Below, piece after piece: positions 36,508-45,442 of a stretch of 55,528 nucleotides of DNA (position 1 is the stretch's first letter; each line of letters starts with the position of its first letter). This DNA comes from a virus (taxonomy: Duplodnaviria > Caudoviricetes), in IMG/VR virus record IMGVR_UViG_3300032236_001351, positions 1-55,528 of that record. One strand, given 5' to 3'. A program made the translations under genes and the position numbers. Under the pieces are notes generated by a model. The model was not told the DNA's origin and made no database searches. It was given only the letters and a program-made list of their open reading frames with translations.

Positions 36508-37676
36508 AGTGGCGTCTTATGGAGGATGCCATTACCTTCTCTGATAGAGTTAAAATGGCTACTTTTGCTTTGACAGCAAAACAATTTACTAATGGTCCTA
36601 AAGTTCGTGAATTTGAAAAGGAATGGAGTAAATGGTTAGGATGTGAGTATTCTTTATTTGTTTCTTCTGGGAGTACTGCTAATTTTCTTTTAGTTGCAGC
36701 TGCTATTGAATATTATGGTTTAAAAAAAGGAGATAAAGTTCTTCTTCCTGCTTGTACATGGATGACAAACGTTGCTCCAATTATTCAGTTGGGACTAGAA
36801 CCTATTTTTTGTGATATTCAGTTATCTGATTTTAGTTTTGATGAAAATGAATTAAAAAGAATCGCCAAAAAACATAAAGATATTAAATTAATTTTCGTTA
36901 CTCATTTATTGGGGTTTTCTTCAAAGAGCAGAATTAACGGAACACTCAAAGATCTTTTTCCTAAAGCACACATCATGGATGATATATGTGAATCTCATGG
37001 TTGTAAATTTGAAAATGGAAATAAGGTTGGATCAGATAATTCGAGTATTGGATCTACTTTTAGTTGCTATTTTGGTCATCATCTCACAGCAATAGAGGGT
37101 GGATTTGTTTCTACTAATAATCCAGAATTATATGATTTAATGAAGATGAAGCGTAGTCATGGAATGGCTAGAGAATCCGTAAATTATGAACACTACGCAG
37201 AATTCTATCCATACGTAGATAAACAATTTCTTTTTGTTACTGATGGTTATAATTTCCGAAATACTGAAATTAGTGCTGCTCTTGGGTTATCACAACTTAA
37301 AAGGCTGGATAAAAATATTGAGATTAGAAATAATAATTTCAAAGAATTTTGTGATATAAGAGATGATTTTTCTCACTTATTCATGCCAGTAGAGTTTACT
37401 GACACAGCTAGTAATTTTTGTTTTCCATTCATTTGTTTAAATGGAGATATTAAGAATAGACTTCAAAAAGCTTTTATTGATAATGGAGTTGAATATCGTC
37501 CGATTGTTTCTGGAAATTTATTGAGACAACCATTCCTTAAAGATTATAAGATGGAAACAAAACGAAATGTTACTAATGCCAATATCATTCATGACTTTGG
37601 TCTTTATATTGGTAACAGTCAATTTGTTGGAAAAAAACATATGAATTTATTAAGTGAAATTTTGGATAACCTATGA
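36504..37676 (+). CDS. colD: PLP-dependent sugar 3-dehydratase, ColD/E1 type (DegT/DnrJ family)
   Basis: SSGSTAN, DDICESHG, TFSCYFGHHLTAIEGG with His where aminotransferases have the Schiff-base Lys, GYNFR, RPIVSGN. Confidence 0.7.
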   Translation: MKWRLMEDAITFSDRVKMATFALTAKQFTNGPKVREFEKEWSKWLGCEYSLFVSSGSTANFLLVAAAIEYYGLKKGDKVLLPACTWMTNVAPIIQLGLEPIFCDIQLSDFSFDENELKRIAKKHKDIKLIFVTHLLGFSSKSRINGTLKDLFPKAHIMDDICESHGCKFENGNKVGSDNSSIGSTFSCYFGHHLTAIEGGFVSTNNPELYDLMKMKRSHGMARESVNYEHYAEFYPYVDKQFLFVTDGYNFRNTEISAALGLSQLKRLDKNIEIRNNNFKEFCDIRDDFSHLFMPVEFTDTASNFCFPFICLNGDIKNRLQKAFIDNGVEYRPIVSGNLLRQPFLKDYKMETKRNVTNANIIHDFGLYIGNSQFVGKKHMNLLSEILDNL

Positions 37677-38455
37677 ACAATATGAAAGAATATTCAGTGG
37701 TATTTGTTGGACCAGTAAGAAATTGTGGTAAATATCTTAAAGACGTATTTAAAAATATCGAAAGAATTGGTGGACTATTTAAATCATATTCTTGTGTATT
37801 TGTTGAATCAGATTCATCAGATAACAGCTTAGAAATTCTAGAAGAATATTCTAAGAAAAATGACAATGTTTATGTAGCAAGTTTAGGTGATTTGGAACCA
37901 AGAATTAAATCAAGAACTGTTAGAATTGCTACAGCAAGAAACTGTGCTATTCAAATATGTGAAGAAAAAGGATTACTTGATACACATGATTTTTATATTC
38001 AAATGTGTGTTGATGATGTAATGGCCCAGGAAATGGATCTAGAAGGAATTAAAAGTTGTTTCAAGCATGATTTATCCATTTGGGATGTGATGACATCTAA
38101 TCAAAATACATATTATGATCTCTGGACTCTTCGTAAAAAAGGATGGGTAGATTACGATTGTTGGTATGAGGTTCAGGCTAGACCAGATTATATGTCTTTC
38201 GAAGATGCAAAGAACATATTTGTTCAGTCAAGATTTATTAAGATTCCAAAGGATTATGGATTAATTGAAGTGGATTCTGCTCATGGAGGATTCTCTATTT
38301 ACAAATCTTCAATTGTAAAAGGTTGTCGATATAGAGGTTATAATGAGAAAAATAATTTTGAAGAATCTGATATTATTTCCTTCTGTGAAGGAGTTAAGGC
38401 CAAAGGGGGAAGAATTTACATCAATTCTGAGTTAATTAATATTAAGGATAACTAA
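37673..38455 (+). CDS. putative glycosyltransferase (GT-A)
   Basis: ESDSSD, RIATARN, YYDLWTLR, V.SAHGG..IYK. Confidence 0.65.
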   Translation: MNNMKEYSVVFVGPVRNCGKYLKDVFKNIERIGGLFKSYSCVFVESDSSDNSLEILEEYSKKNDNVYVASLGDLEPRIKSRTVRIATARNCAIQICEEKGLLDTHDFYIQMCVDDVMAQEMDLEGIKSCFKHDLSIWDVMTSNQNTYYDLWTLRKKGWVDYDCWYEVQARPDYMSFEDAKNIFVQSRFIKIPKDYGLIEVDSAHGGFSIYKSSIVKGCRYRGYNEKNNFEESDIISFCEGVKAKGGRIYINSELINIKDN

Positions 38456-38458
38456 AAG

Positions 38459-38492
38459 CATAAATACTATTATTGTCAAAATAATAGTATTT
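38459..38492 (+). promoter_or_regulatory. late promoter variant CATAAATA overlapped by a 13-bp inverted repeat
   Basis: AAATACTATTATT-GTCAA-AATAATAGTATTT (38462-38492). Confidence 0.5.
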
Positions 38493-38500
38493 TTCTATAA

Positions 38501-39547
38501 ATGAGTAATGTTATATTTCTAATTGGTGGGCCAGGATCTGGCAAAGATTTAATTATTAAAGAATTAAATAACAACTATGTTCTAAAGGAATATAATTTAG
38601 AGCAGGTTAAACATATCTCTTCGTTGGATGAGGATTGTATTATCTCATCCAACGCTTATAAACTTGATGATATTTTATCAGCACATAATTCATTAGCTGA
38701 AAGTCATAATATTTCAGCTATTTACGTTGATGTCACTGATGACGTTTCTAAAGAAAGATTATCATCAAGAAATCTAAATGAAGATGTTCGTATAGAACGA
38801 TTAGTTGAATCTAAACTCAATATTACTACGTTCGAAGAGACTTTTAAATCGATACATTATGTCGATAATAGTTTCGAAAAAGGATCTAATGAAATAAACA
38901 AACAAATTGCAGATCTTATTGAGTCTTATTCTGATACTTTTCTATCAAGTAAGAGAAGTAAAGGATTGGAATCAGCAAAAAGGAACAGAGTTCTTTATAA
39001 AAAGAAAATTCAAGCTGATACTAAAGCAAGTATAACGATGACTCCTCCTCAACTGGATAAACAAACTAAAGATTTTATGGATATAAAGTTGAGAAAAAAA
39101 CTTGGACATAATCTGAAAAAGGTAGAGGAAGATCAAGATTATTCGAATTTCAAGAACGACAAAGAAACAAAAAAACAAAAGAAGATTTCAAGAACAGATT
39201 TACTTTCAAAAATGATTCCAAAGAAAGGAATTGGTCCTGTGTATGATACCAGAGAAACTGGTGACACTGCATTGATTCATACATACAGTGGTGGAAAGGC
39301 ATTTGAATCTTATGACAATCTAGATGAATTTTTAGATGAGGCCGTAGATTCTCCAAACGCAGCAGATACTGGTTTATTTGGTGCTGTAAATAGTCCAAAT
39401 GTGAACCAGAGTAATGATAAACCTTTATTTGGATATCAAGTTTCGACAAAAAAGAATAAGAACAGAAAAAAGAATTTTGAAACTGATAAAGAAGTTCAAA
39501 AAGAATCGACAATTAAAAAAGTAAAGAAAATACTTTTCAAAGGGTAA
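38501..39547 (+). CDS. hypothetical protein with an N-terminal P-loop kinase-like domain
   Basis: IGGPGSGKD and YVDV...S.ER; Lys-rich C-terminal half. Confidence 0.6.
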   Translation: MSNVIFLIGGPGSGKDLIIKELNNNYVLKEYNLEQVKHISSLDEDCIISSNAYKLDDILSAHNSLAESHNISAIYVDVTDDVSKERLSSRNLNEDVRIERLVESKLNITTFEETFKSIHYVDNSFEKGSNEINKQIADLIESYSDTFLSSKRSKGLESAKRNRVLYKKKIQADTKASITMTPPQLDKQTKDFMDIKLRKKLGHNLKKVEEDQDYSNFKNDKETKKQKKISRTDLLSKMIPKKGIGPVYDTRETGDTALIHTYSGGKAFESYDNLDEFLDEAVDSPNAADTGLFGAVNSPNVNQSNDKPLFGYQVSTKKNKNRKKNFETDKEVQKESTIKKVKKILFKG

Positions 39548-39551
39548 AAGA

Positions 39552-40319
39552 ATGTCTTTAGAAAAAAAGCTGTTAAGTAAAATCATTTCTGAGCAAGAAA
39601 TAGAAGAAATTTTTGAAGAGAGAGAAACCTCTCTTCGAAGATATATTAAAATGATTGGATTAAATTGGAAAAATTTATCACAAGAACAGATTGATAAAAT
39701 TTCTGATTCACAGGCATACAAACAATACAAAGCATTACGTTCAATCAAATACAAACAGCAACAAGCGGGAATTAAGGAAGACATTCCATCTATTGCTCCA
39801 AAGAAATATGAACCAAGCAAACGATACAAATATTCAGATCCAACACATGTTGCTCGTCAAGCTTATTATGCCGGATTAATTAATAAAGGTTATTCAGTAA
39901 TGAAAACACCTCCTTTGTATAAGAGTATTGGTCCAAAGGGGTATAAAGCACGTCCAGTAGGTAAAATTACTTTTGGAAAACTTGGTGTTAGTGCTTCTGG
40001 TCAACCAAAAACAGTAGATACAATAACACGAAGAGAACTAAAAAAGAAAAAAGAATATACTGGTAAAACTGCAAAATACGAAGAGTTTAATGGTCTTCAG
40101 GAAGCTGATTCTATCAAAAAGAAAGCTATTCCTAAGATGACTAACATGAAAGAAGTCAAACCAGAAGATGAAAAACAATGCGAAAAACAATATGAAATTA
40201 CAAAAACATTAACTGGCGAAAAACAAGAAACAAATACCATTCAGATTAATCCTAATATGAAAATAATTAGAAAATCTGATAAAGATAAAGAAGATAAAAA
40301 AGAAAAGAAGAATGATTAA
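39552..40319 (+). CDS. hypothetical basic protein (possible virion internal protein)
   Basis: Lys-rich ORF in the late block. Confidence 0.6.
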   Translation: MSLEKKLLSKIISEQEIEEIFEERETSLRRYIKMIGLNWKNLSQEQIDKISDSQAYKQYKALRSIKYKQQQAGIKEDIPSIAPKKYEPSKRYKYSDPTHVARQAYYAGLINKGYSVMKTPPLYKSIGPKGYKARPVGKITFGKLGVSASGQPKTVDTITRRELKKKKEYTGKTAKYEEFNGLQEADSIKKKAIPKMTNMKEVKPEDEKQCEKQYEITKTLTGEKQETNTIQINPNMKIIRKSDKDKEDKKEKKND

Positions 40320-40803
40320 TTGTTCTATTTTTGTTGATATGGATGGAGTTTTAGTTGATCTGGATGCAGGTCTAAAGAAACTTGACAGATCATATAAAAT
40401 GGAAAATAAAGGACCATTAATTCCAATAGACCTAAAAACAAAAATTCTTAATACCCCAAAGTTTTGGGCTAATTTACCTAAAACTTCTGATTTTGATGAA
40501 CTATGGAATGTTGTTAGTGATTTAAATCCTAAAATTTTGACTGCTAATTCTATTTGGGACTCAAGAGCAAAGCAAGATAAATGGGAATGGGTACAGAAAA
40601 ATTGCGAAATACCTAATTATAATTTTTATTGCGTTTTAAGAAACGAGAAGCAATTATTCGCTAAAACAAATGGCCATCCTAATATTCTAATCGATGATTA
40701 TGATTTAAATTGTGAAGAATGGGAAAAACGAGGTGGAATATCCATTTTACATGAAAATTCCAAAAATACAATTAAACAACTCAAAATTCTTTTAAATATT
40801 TGA
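40312..40803 (+). CDS. HAD-superfamily 5'(3')-deoxyribonucleotidase-like protein
   Basis: FVDMDGVLVD, FW.NLP, ILT, K..W, ILIDD. Confidence 0.85.
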   Translation: MINCSIFVDMDGVLVDLDAGLKKLDRSYKMENKGPLIPIDLKTKILNTPKFWANLPKTSDFDELWNVVSDLNPKILTANSIWDSRAKQDKWEWVQKNCEIPNYNFYCVLRNEKQLFAKTNGHPNILIDDYDLNCEEWEKRGGISILHENSKNTIKQLKILLNI

Positions 40804-40807
40804 TTTT

Positions 40808-40815
40808 TATAAATA
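40808..40815 (+). promoter_or_regulatory. late promoter TATAAATA
   Basis: Exact consensus 45 nt before a structural gene. Confidence 0.75.
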
Positions 40816-40860
40816 ATAAGATATAAGCTTACCCAACAATTCAACTATAGGAAAACGATC

Positions 40861-41679
40861 ATGTCAGCATGGGGAAATACCGATAATCAACTCTCTACTC
40901 CTAAATTTCCGCTCGAAAGGAGAGCTAGAGATTTAGGACAAATTACTGTAAATGCAGCAACTTTAGCTGGTTCAAATACGCTTTTCATTGCTAATGCAAA
41001 TACTATTGGTATTACTACTGGTATGTATGTTAGCGGCAACAACCTCTATTTAAATAGTGCGGTTCCAGGTTTCTTCCTTGGTAATGTAACTGTGGTTTCT
41101 GTTAATTCAAGTGCTGTGGTTCTTTCTACTAATGTATCTGCTAATGTTAATATTGGTGATACCTTTGAGTTTGATACTGCAATTGCTTATCCAGTATCTA
41201 GACATATTGAATATAATTATTATGCTAATACATACCTTGTTGACGCAGGAAGAATTGCTAATGCAACATTTGGTAATGGAACTACTTTTGATAATTCTGT
41301 AGCTCATACTGGTTGGAACAAAGTAACTCATGGAAGGGGTTATGTATATGATATCGCGGTAGGTAACGTTAGTTCAAGTTTAACCTATTCTAATGCATAT
41401 ATCACTTTCAGTGCTCCTACTGGTTCCCCTAATGCAACCGTTGCTAATGGTTATATTACTGCATACGGTAACGTTGTAACAGCAACTTTAACTTCGAATG
41501 GTTCTTCTTATAACGCTATTCCAACTGCAAGTGTTTCTGGTGCTAATAATTCTACATTGACTTTCACTGTTGTTCCTGGTGGAAGATTAGGTAGAATTTC
41601 TGCTGAAACTCTTGTTGCTCTGAGTACACCAAATGTCACTAATGCTAATTCTGGCGGTGTTTACTTCCCAGGTCTATAA
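40861..41679 (+). CDS. virion structural protein (beta-rich, N/T/S/G-rich)
   Basis: MSAWG start, AHTGW, GRLGR..AETLVAL end; late promoter upstream. Confidence 0.7.
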   Translation: MSAWGNTDNQLSTPKFPLERRARDLGQITVNAATLAGSNTLFIANANTIGITTGMYVSGNNLYLNSAVPGFFLGNVTVVSVNSSAVVLSTNVSANVNIGDTFEFDTAIAYPVSRHIEYNYYANTYLVDAGRIANATFGNGTTFDNSVAHTGWNKVTHGRGYVYDIAVGNVSSSLTYSNAYITFSAPTGSPNATVANGYITAYGNVVTATLTSNGSSYNAIPTASVSGANNSTLTFTVVPGGRLGRISAETLVALSTPNVTNANSGGVYFPGL

Positions 41680-41682
41680 TTT

Positions 41683-42078
41683 ATGAAAACTTTTAAACAG
41701 TTTATTACTGAACTCCAAGCTCATGTGCCTGTCGTATCCATCGACAGGCAATATGTCAATATTAATGATCCAGAAACTATCGATGAAATCAATAAGAATT
41801 TGGAAATTGAAATGGCTACTGGTTTTTCTGATGTAAGAAAAGCATTGAATAAGATTCGTAAGATTCTTGATATGTATCAATTAAATCTAGAAAAAACAGA
41901 TACATTACCTTTGGATGGTAAAGGTGGAAAAATCAATCTTCCTGTTAATATAGCGAGGGTTGATGGTGTTACTACTAATGCTAAAATTATCAAAGATGCC
42001 CATAAAGGATTAGTTTTAAATGTCCAATATAAAATGGATAATGGTGTTTATAGGGTAACTGCCGAAGTAGAAAAATAA
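41683..42078 (+). CDS. hypothetical protein with a capsid-targeting-like N-terminus
   Basis: MKTFKQFITE. Confidence 0.6.
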   Translation: MKTFKQFITELQAHVPVVSIDRQYVNINDPETIDEINKNLEIEMATGFSDVRKALNKIRKILDMYQLNLEKTDTLPLDGKGGKINLPVNIARVDGVTTNAKIIKDAHKGLVLNVQYKMDNGVYRVTAEVEK

Positions 42079-42081
42079 TTA

Positions 42082-42468
42082 ATGTTTCGTAATTTGATTG
42101 CTGAAAATTTTATGTTGTATGCGGCGAATAATTATATTTCGCCGCATTATATTGAAGAAGAGTTTTATGAGGATCTGAGAAGATTTAAATATATTAAAGG
42201 ATCTATTCAGAAATATTATTTAAAACATTCCATTAATGACAGACTTGTTTTAAATAATATTATAATGTCATATAACGTTTTTTATCCAGAATCTTGCACA
42301 AGAATGTTATTCTTCAAAATTAATCCAGAACAATATTCTGTGTTAAAAACATTTTTAGTTTATTTAAATTATATGCCTGATGTGGTGAAAGGGATTAATG
42401 GAAATGATATCTATTCCACTGATATCGAAATTCATACAGATTTAGCTAATATTTTAAGGAAAATATGA
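42082..42468 (+). CDS. conserved T4-like hypothetical protein
   Basis: F.LYA..NY, EF.EDL.RFKY.K, RL.LN.II..YNVF, LKTFL.YLNYMP. Confidence 0.7.
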   Translation: MFRNLIAENFMLYAANNYISPHYIEEEFYEDLRRFKYIKGSIQKYYLKHSINDRLVLNNIIMSYNVFYPESCTRMLFFKINPEQYSVLKTFLVYLNYMPDVVKGINGNDIYSTDIEIHTDLANILRKI

Positions 42469-42665
42469 AAACTTATAAAGAATTTGTTGCAGATTTAAAA
42501 GAAGATGGTGTTACTGTTGGTGCTGGAGTAAGTGGTGGTGGTGGTCCAACCAACGTAGTTACTAGCGGTGCTATTGCTGGTGCTCCTCCTGATTCTCCTC
42601 CTGTAAATTTAAAGAAAAAGAAAAAGGTTGTTCTTGCTACTGTCAGAAGAAATCCTCCTAAATGA
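42465..42665 (+). CDS. small internal head protein-like
   Basis: MKTYKEF...LKE, Gly-rich PTN, basic tail. Confidence 0.6.
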   Translation: MKTYKEFVADLKEDGVTVGAGVSGGGGPTNVVTSGAIAGAPPDSPPVNLKKKKKVVLATVRRNPPK

Positions 42666-42898
42666 AACTTGAAGATTTACCTAATGAGTTGAATAAAGTT
42701 TTTAATTTAAATTTTGATTATTATTTCGAAAATAGTAATTTATATTTAAGATTAGCTGGATTAGATTCAAGAAGTTTAAAAGAATATATCAATTACAATT
42801 ATAAGTTAAACGCAATCATTAGACAAAAGAAATGCGTCTCTAGAATAAGAGTAAATAATCAATATATAGAAATAAAGGAAGAAAATGAAAACATTTAA
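42662..42898 (+). CDS. hypothetical protein
   Basis: Coupled ORF. Confidence 0.5.
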   Translation: MKLEDLPNELNKVFNLNFDYYFENSNLYLRLAGLDSRSLKEYINYNYKLNAIIRQKKCVSRIRVNNQYIEIKEENENI

Positions 42899-43298
42899 CG
42901 AATTAAAAGAAGCTTTAACACAAAATAATCTCATGGAAGGTAAAGCTAAAGCTACTGAATTTTTCTCACAGATTTATAGTTCTGTAGTTTCTATGCATTT
43001 CTTCCATCTGACTACAAGTTCATATGCAGCTCATGTTGCTAGTAATGAATTCTATACTGGTCTTCCTCCTCTTCTTGATAAATTGATGGAAACTTTTAGT
43101 GGACGTTATGGTAAGTTGGAAGTACCCCCAAAACTCAAAGTAGTTTCAACGGACGGATTAAGTATTGCCGTAAATCTTCTTCAGTGGGTTGATGCAAATA
43201 GAGCCATGTTATCTGATGATACAGAAATGCAAAACATCATTGATGAAATTACTGGCCTTATTAATTCTACTATTTACAAGTTACGCGAACTAAAATAA
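42885..43298 (+). CDS. ferritin/Dps-like four-helix protein (DUF5856-like)
   Basis: H..H.TT.SYA.H.A..EFY......D...E...GRYG and QNIIDEI...I..T.YKL; N-terminal MKTFNELKE. Confidence 0.7.
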   Translation: MKTFNELKEALTQNNLMEGKAKATEFFSQIYSSVVSMHFFHLTTSSYAAHVASNEFYTGLPPLLDKLMETFSGRYGKLEVPPKLKVVSTDGLSIAVNLLQWVDANRAMLSDDTEMQNIIDEITGLINSTIYKLRELK

Positions 43299-43329
43299 CT
43301 AAATATTTTTATTTTAAGAGGAAAATCCT

Positions 43330-43758
43330 GTGCCTCCTTCAGATCAAAATAAACAGGATATTTGGTCCAAAATCTATGTTATAGAAAGGGAATTGCTAGA
43401 AAAAGAAAAATCCCTAGATAGATTGGATGATTCTCTATTAGAGTTAAATAAAAAAATAGAGCAATTAAAGGATGATTTGAGAAATCTTAGGGTAATTCCG
43501 GATCTTGAAGAAAGGATTAAATATCTGGAAGAACAAGTAGATGCTATTAGGTTAGAACTACCAGAAATACGTTTAATTAAAAAACTGTTCATGGGAATGG
43601 TTGCATTTGTACTTACTGCGTTTTTGGGTTTAATTTGGAACACTGTTGTCATTAAATCTTCACAAGATACATCGATGAAATTGATCAATTCTTCTGAGGA
43701 ACAAATTGGTGATATTGCAAAAAAAGTAATCGATGAATATCAGAAAGGTAAAAAATAA
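43330..43758 (+). CDS. coiled-coil protein with one transmembrane helix
   Basis: Heptad N-terminus, hydrophobic LFMGMVAFVLTAFLGLIW; RBS GAGG, GTG start; CTAAATA at 43299. Confidence 0.65.
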   Translation: MPPSDQNKQDIWSKIYVIERELLEKEKSLDRLDDSLLELNKKIEQLKDDLRNLRVIPDLEERIKYLEEQVDAIRLELPEIRLIKKLFMGMVAFVLTAFLGLIWNTVVIKSSQDTSMKLINSSEEQIGDIAKKVIDEYQKGKK

Positions 43759-44288
43759 TGTCAACTGACAAAAAATGTAATCTCCTGGATCAGATTAAAT
43801 TATTTTCTATTGGTGTAATTCTCGGATGTATTGGAGGTATAATTTGGCAAGAATTATTATCTCCTATACACATAACTCCTAGTATGTCATCTCATGATGA
43901 ATACCATGTTCTTAAATCTGATACCGACGAACGTCTTCTGAAATATATAGAAGGACATTGGAGATCCTCTATTGGTGATCTTCTGATCAACATCAATGAT
44001 AGTGAAATTAATGGTAGTTTCATAGTCATAGAAAATTTATCTAAACCCAGTAAAGAAGAAAAGTATAGAATTGTTGAAGTCAGTAAAGTTGATGGGTTCT
44101 TTGGTATAGTCAGTTTGAAAATTTGTAACATAAACTCAAATTGTAATAATGAAGATAAACTCCCAATTCAAATCAATAAAGTATTTGGTATAGATAAAAC
44201 AATAGCAATTACATATGATACCAGATTATCATATTGTATACCTACTGATAATCAATGTACTAGAGCATTTAAATTAATAGATAATTGA
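43758..44288 (+). CDS. membrane-anchored, Cys-containing hypothetical protein
   Basis: N-terminal hydrophobic FSIGVILGCIGGIIW; two Cys pairs downstream. Confidence 0.6.
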   Translation: MSTDKKCNLLDQIKLFSIGVILGCIGGIIWQELLSPIHITPSMSSHDEYHVLKSDTDERLLKYIEGHWRSSIGDLLININDSEINGSFIVIENLSKPSKEEKYRIVEVSKVDGFFGIVSLKICNINSNCNNEDKLPIQINKVFGIDKTIAITYDTRLSYCIPTDNQCTRAFKLIDN

Positions 44289-44293
44289 TTTAA

Positions 44294-44348
44294 TGTATTA
44301 TCAAAGGGGTACATACTTAGTGTCTCAAAGAGTCAACTGAAAGTCAAG
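44294..44348 (-). repeat. 55-bp dispersed repeat, copy 2; contains a leftward sigma70-like promoter
   Basis: 52/55 identical to 9850-9904. Confidence 0.85.
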
Positions 44349-44360
44349 AACATTTTTCTC

Positions 44361-44389
44361 TTTACTTTTTTAGTAAAATAAAGCATACT
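44361..44389 (+). promoter_or_regulatory. early-like promoter for the primase operon
   Basis: TTTACT-N17-CATACT. Confidence 0.45.
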
Positions 44390-44422
44390 ATATTTTTGAT
44401 AATGTGAAAGTATAGTTTTATT

Positions 44423-45442
44423 ATGAGTTATTATCTTGATGTGAAATATTTGAAGATGGTATCCTTCAGACTAGAAGGATTTACCCAAAAGACAAATGAA
44501 CTCTATAATTGTAGATGCTTCCTTTGTAACGATTCATCAAAAAAGAAATCCAAGAAAAGAGGGTATTTCTTCCGCAAGAATAATGATATGTTTTATCATT
44601 GTCATAATTGTGGAGCTGGAATGACTTTTTATAATTTCCTTGAATATATTGATCCAAGTATAGCAAAAGAATATGCACTGGAAAGATTTGCTCAAGGTGA
44701 GACAGGTCATCATAATTATAAGAAACCGAAAAAGATCACTTCGTCTAAGCCGGTATTCAAAAAGAAGGAACAACTCAACATTCCTTCTATTCAATCTCTT
44801 CCTGAAGATAATATAGCTAGGAAATATGTCGAATCAAGGAAGATTCCAAAAGCAAGACAGTTTGACTTATTTTATGCTGAAGATTTTAAGAAATTTTTAG
44901 ATGAATTTCTTCCCGATCATGGTAAAGTCTTATATGAAAATGACAAGAGACTGGTGATTCCATTTAGAGATAGATTCGGAAAAATAATTGCTTTACAAGG
45001 AAGAACCTTGACTGATTCTAAACTTCGTTATATAACTATTAAAGTGGATGAAAATTCGAATAAAATTTATGGTTTAGATAAGGCAGATCTAAACAAACTT
45101 GTAATGGTTACTGAAGGACCGCTGGATTCAATGTTCCTTGAAAATGGTATTGCTACAGCTGATGCTAATCTTACTTCAGTAAAATCAGTTATAGATAATA
45201 TTAATAATATGGTTTTGGTTTTTGATAGAGAACCAAGAAATTTGTCTCTTATTAAACAAATAGAAAAGGCTATAGACCAAAATTTTAAAGTTTGTTTATT
45301 TCCTGATACATTTGAATATAAGGATATTAATGAAGCGATTATGGATGGGGTTACTTCTGAAGAGATAATGGATATCATAAGTAAGAATACCTTCTCTGAT
45401 CTGAGAGCAAAATTAGAAATTATAACATGGAGAAAATGTTAA
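44423..45442 (+). CDS. gp61: DNA primase
   Basis: Zinc finger CFLC.DS...RG...HCHNC, RLVIPF, QGR, EGPLDS, FDREPRN, KDINE. Confidence 0.95.
   Translation: MSYYLDVKYLKMVSFRLEGFTQKTNELYNCRCFLCNDSSKKKSKKRGYFFRKNNDMFYHCHNCGAGMTFYNFLEYIDPSIAKEYALERFAQGETGHHNYKKPKKITSSKPVFKKKEQLNIPSIQSLPEDNIARKYVESRKIPKARQFDLFYAEDFKKFLDEFLPDHGKVLYENDKRLVIPFRDRFGKIIALQGRTLTDSKLRYITIKVDENSNKIYGLDKADLNKLVMVTEGPLDSMFLENGIATADANLTSVKSVIDNINNMVLVFDREPRNLSLIKQIEKAIDQNFKVCLFPDTFEYKDINEAIMDGVTSEEIMDIISKNTFSDLRAKLEIITWRKC

Noticed and set aside
9850-44348. The two 55-bp repeats as att sites or ends of a mobile element
   Set aside because: They enclose essential core genes, no integrase or transposase is present, and both sit in promoter positions
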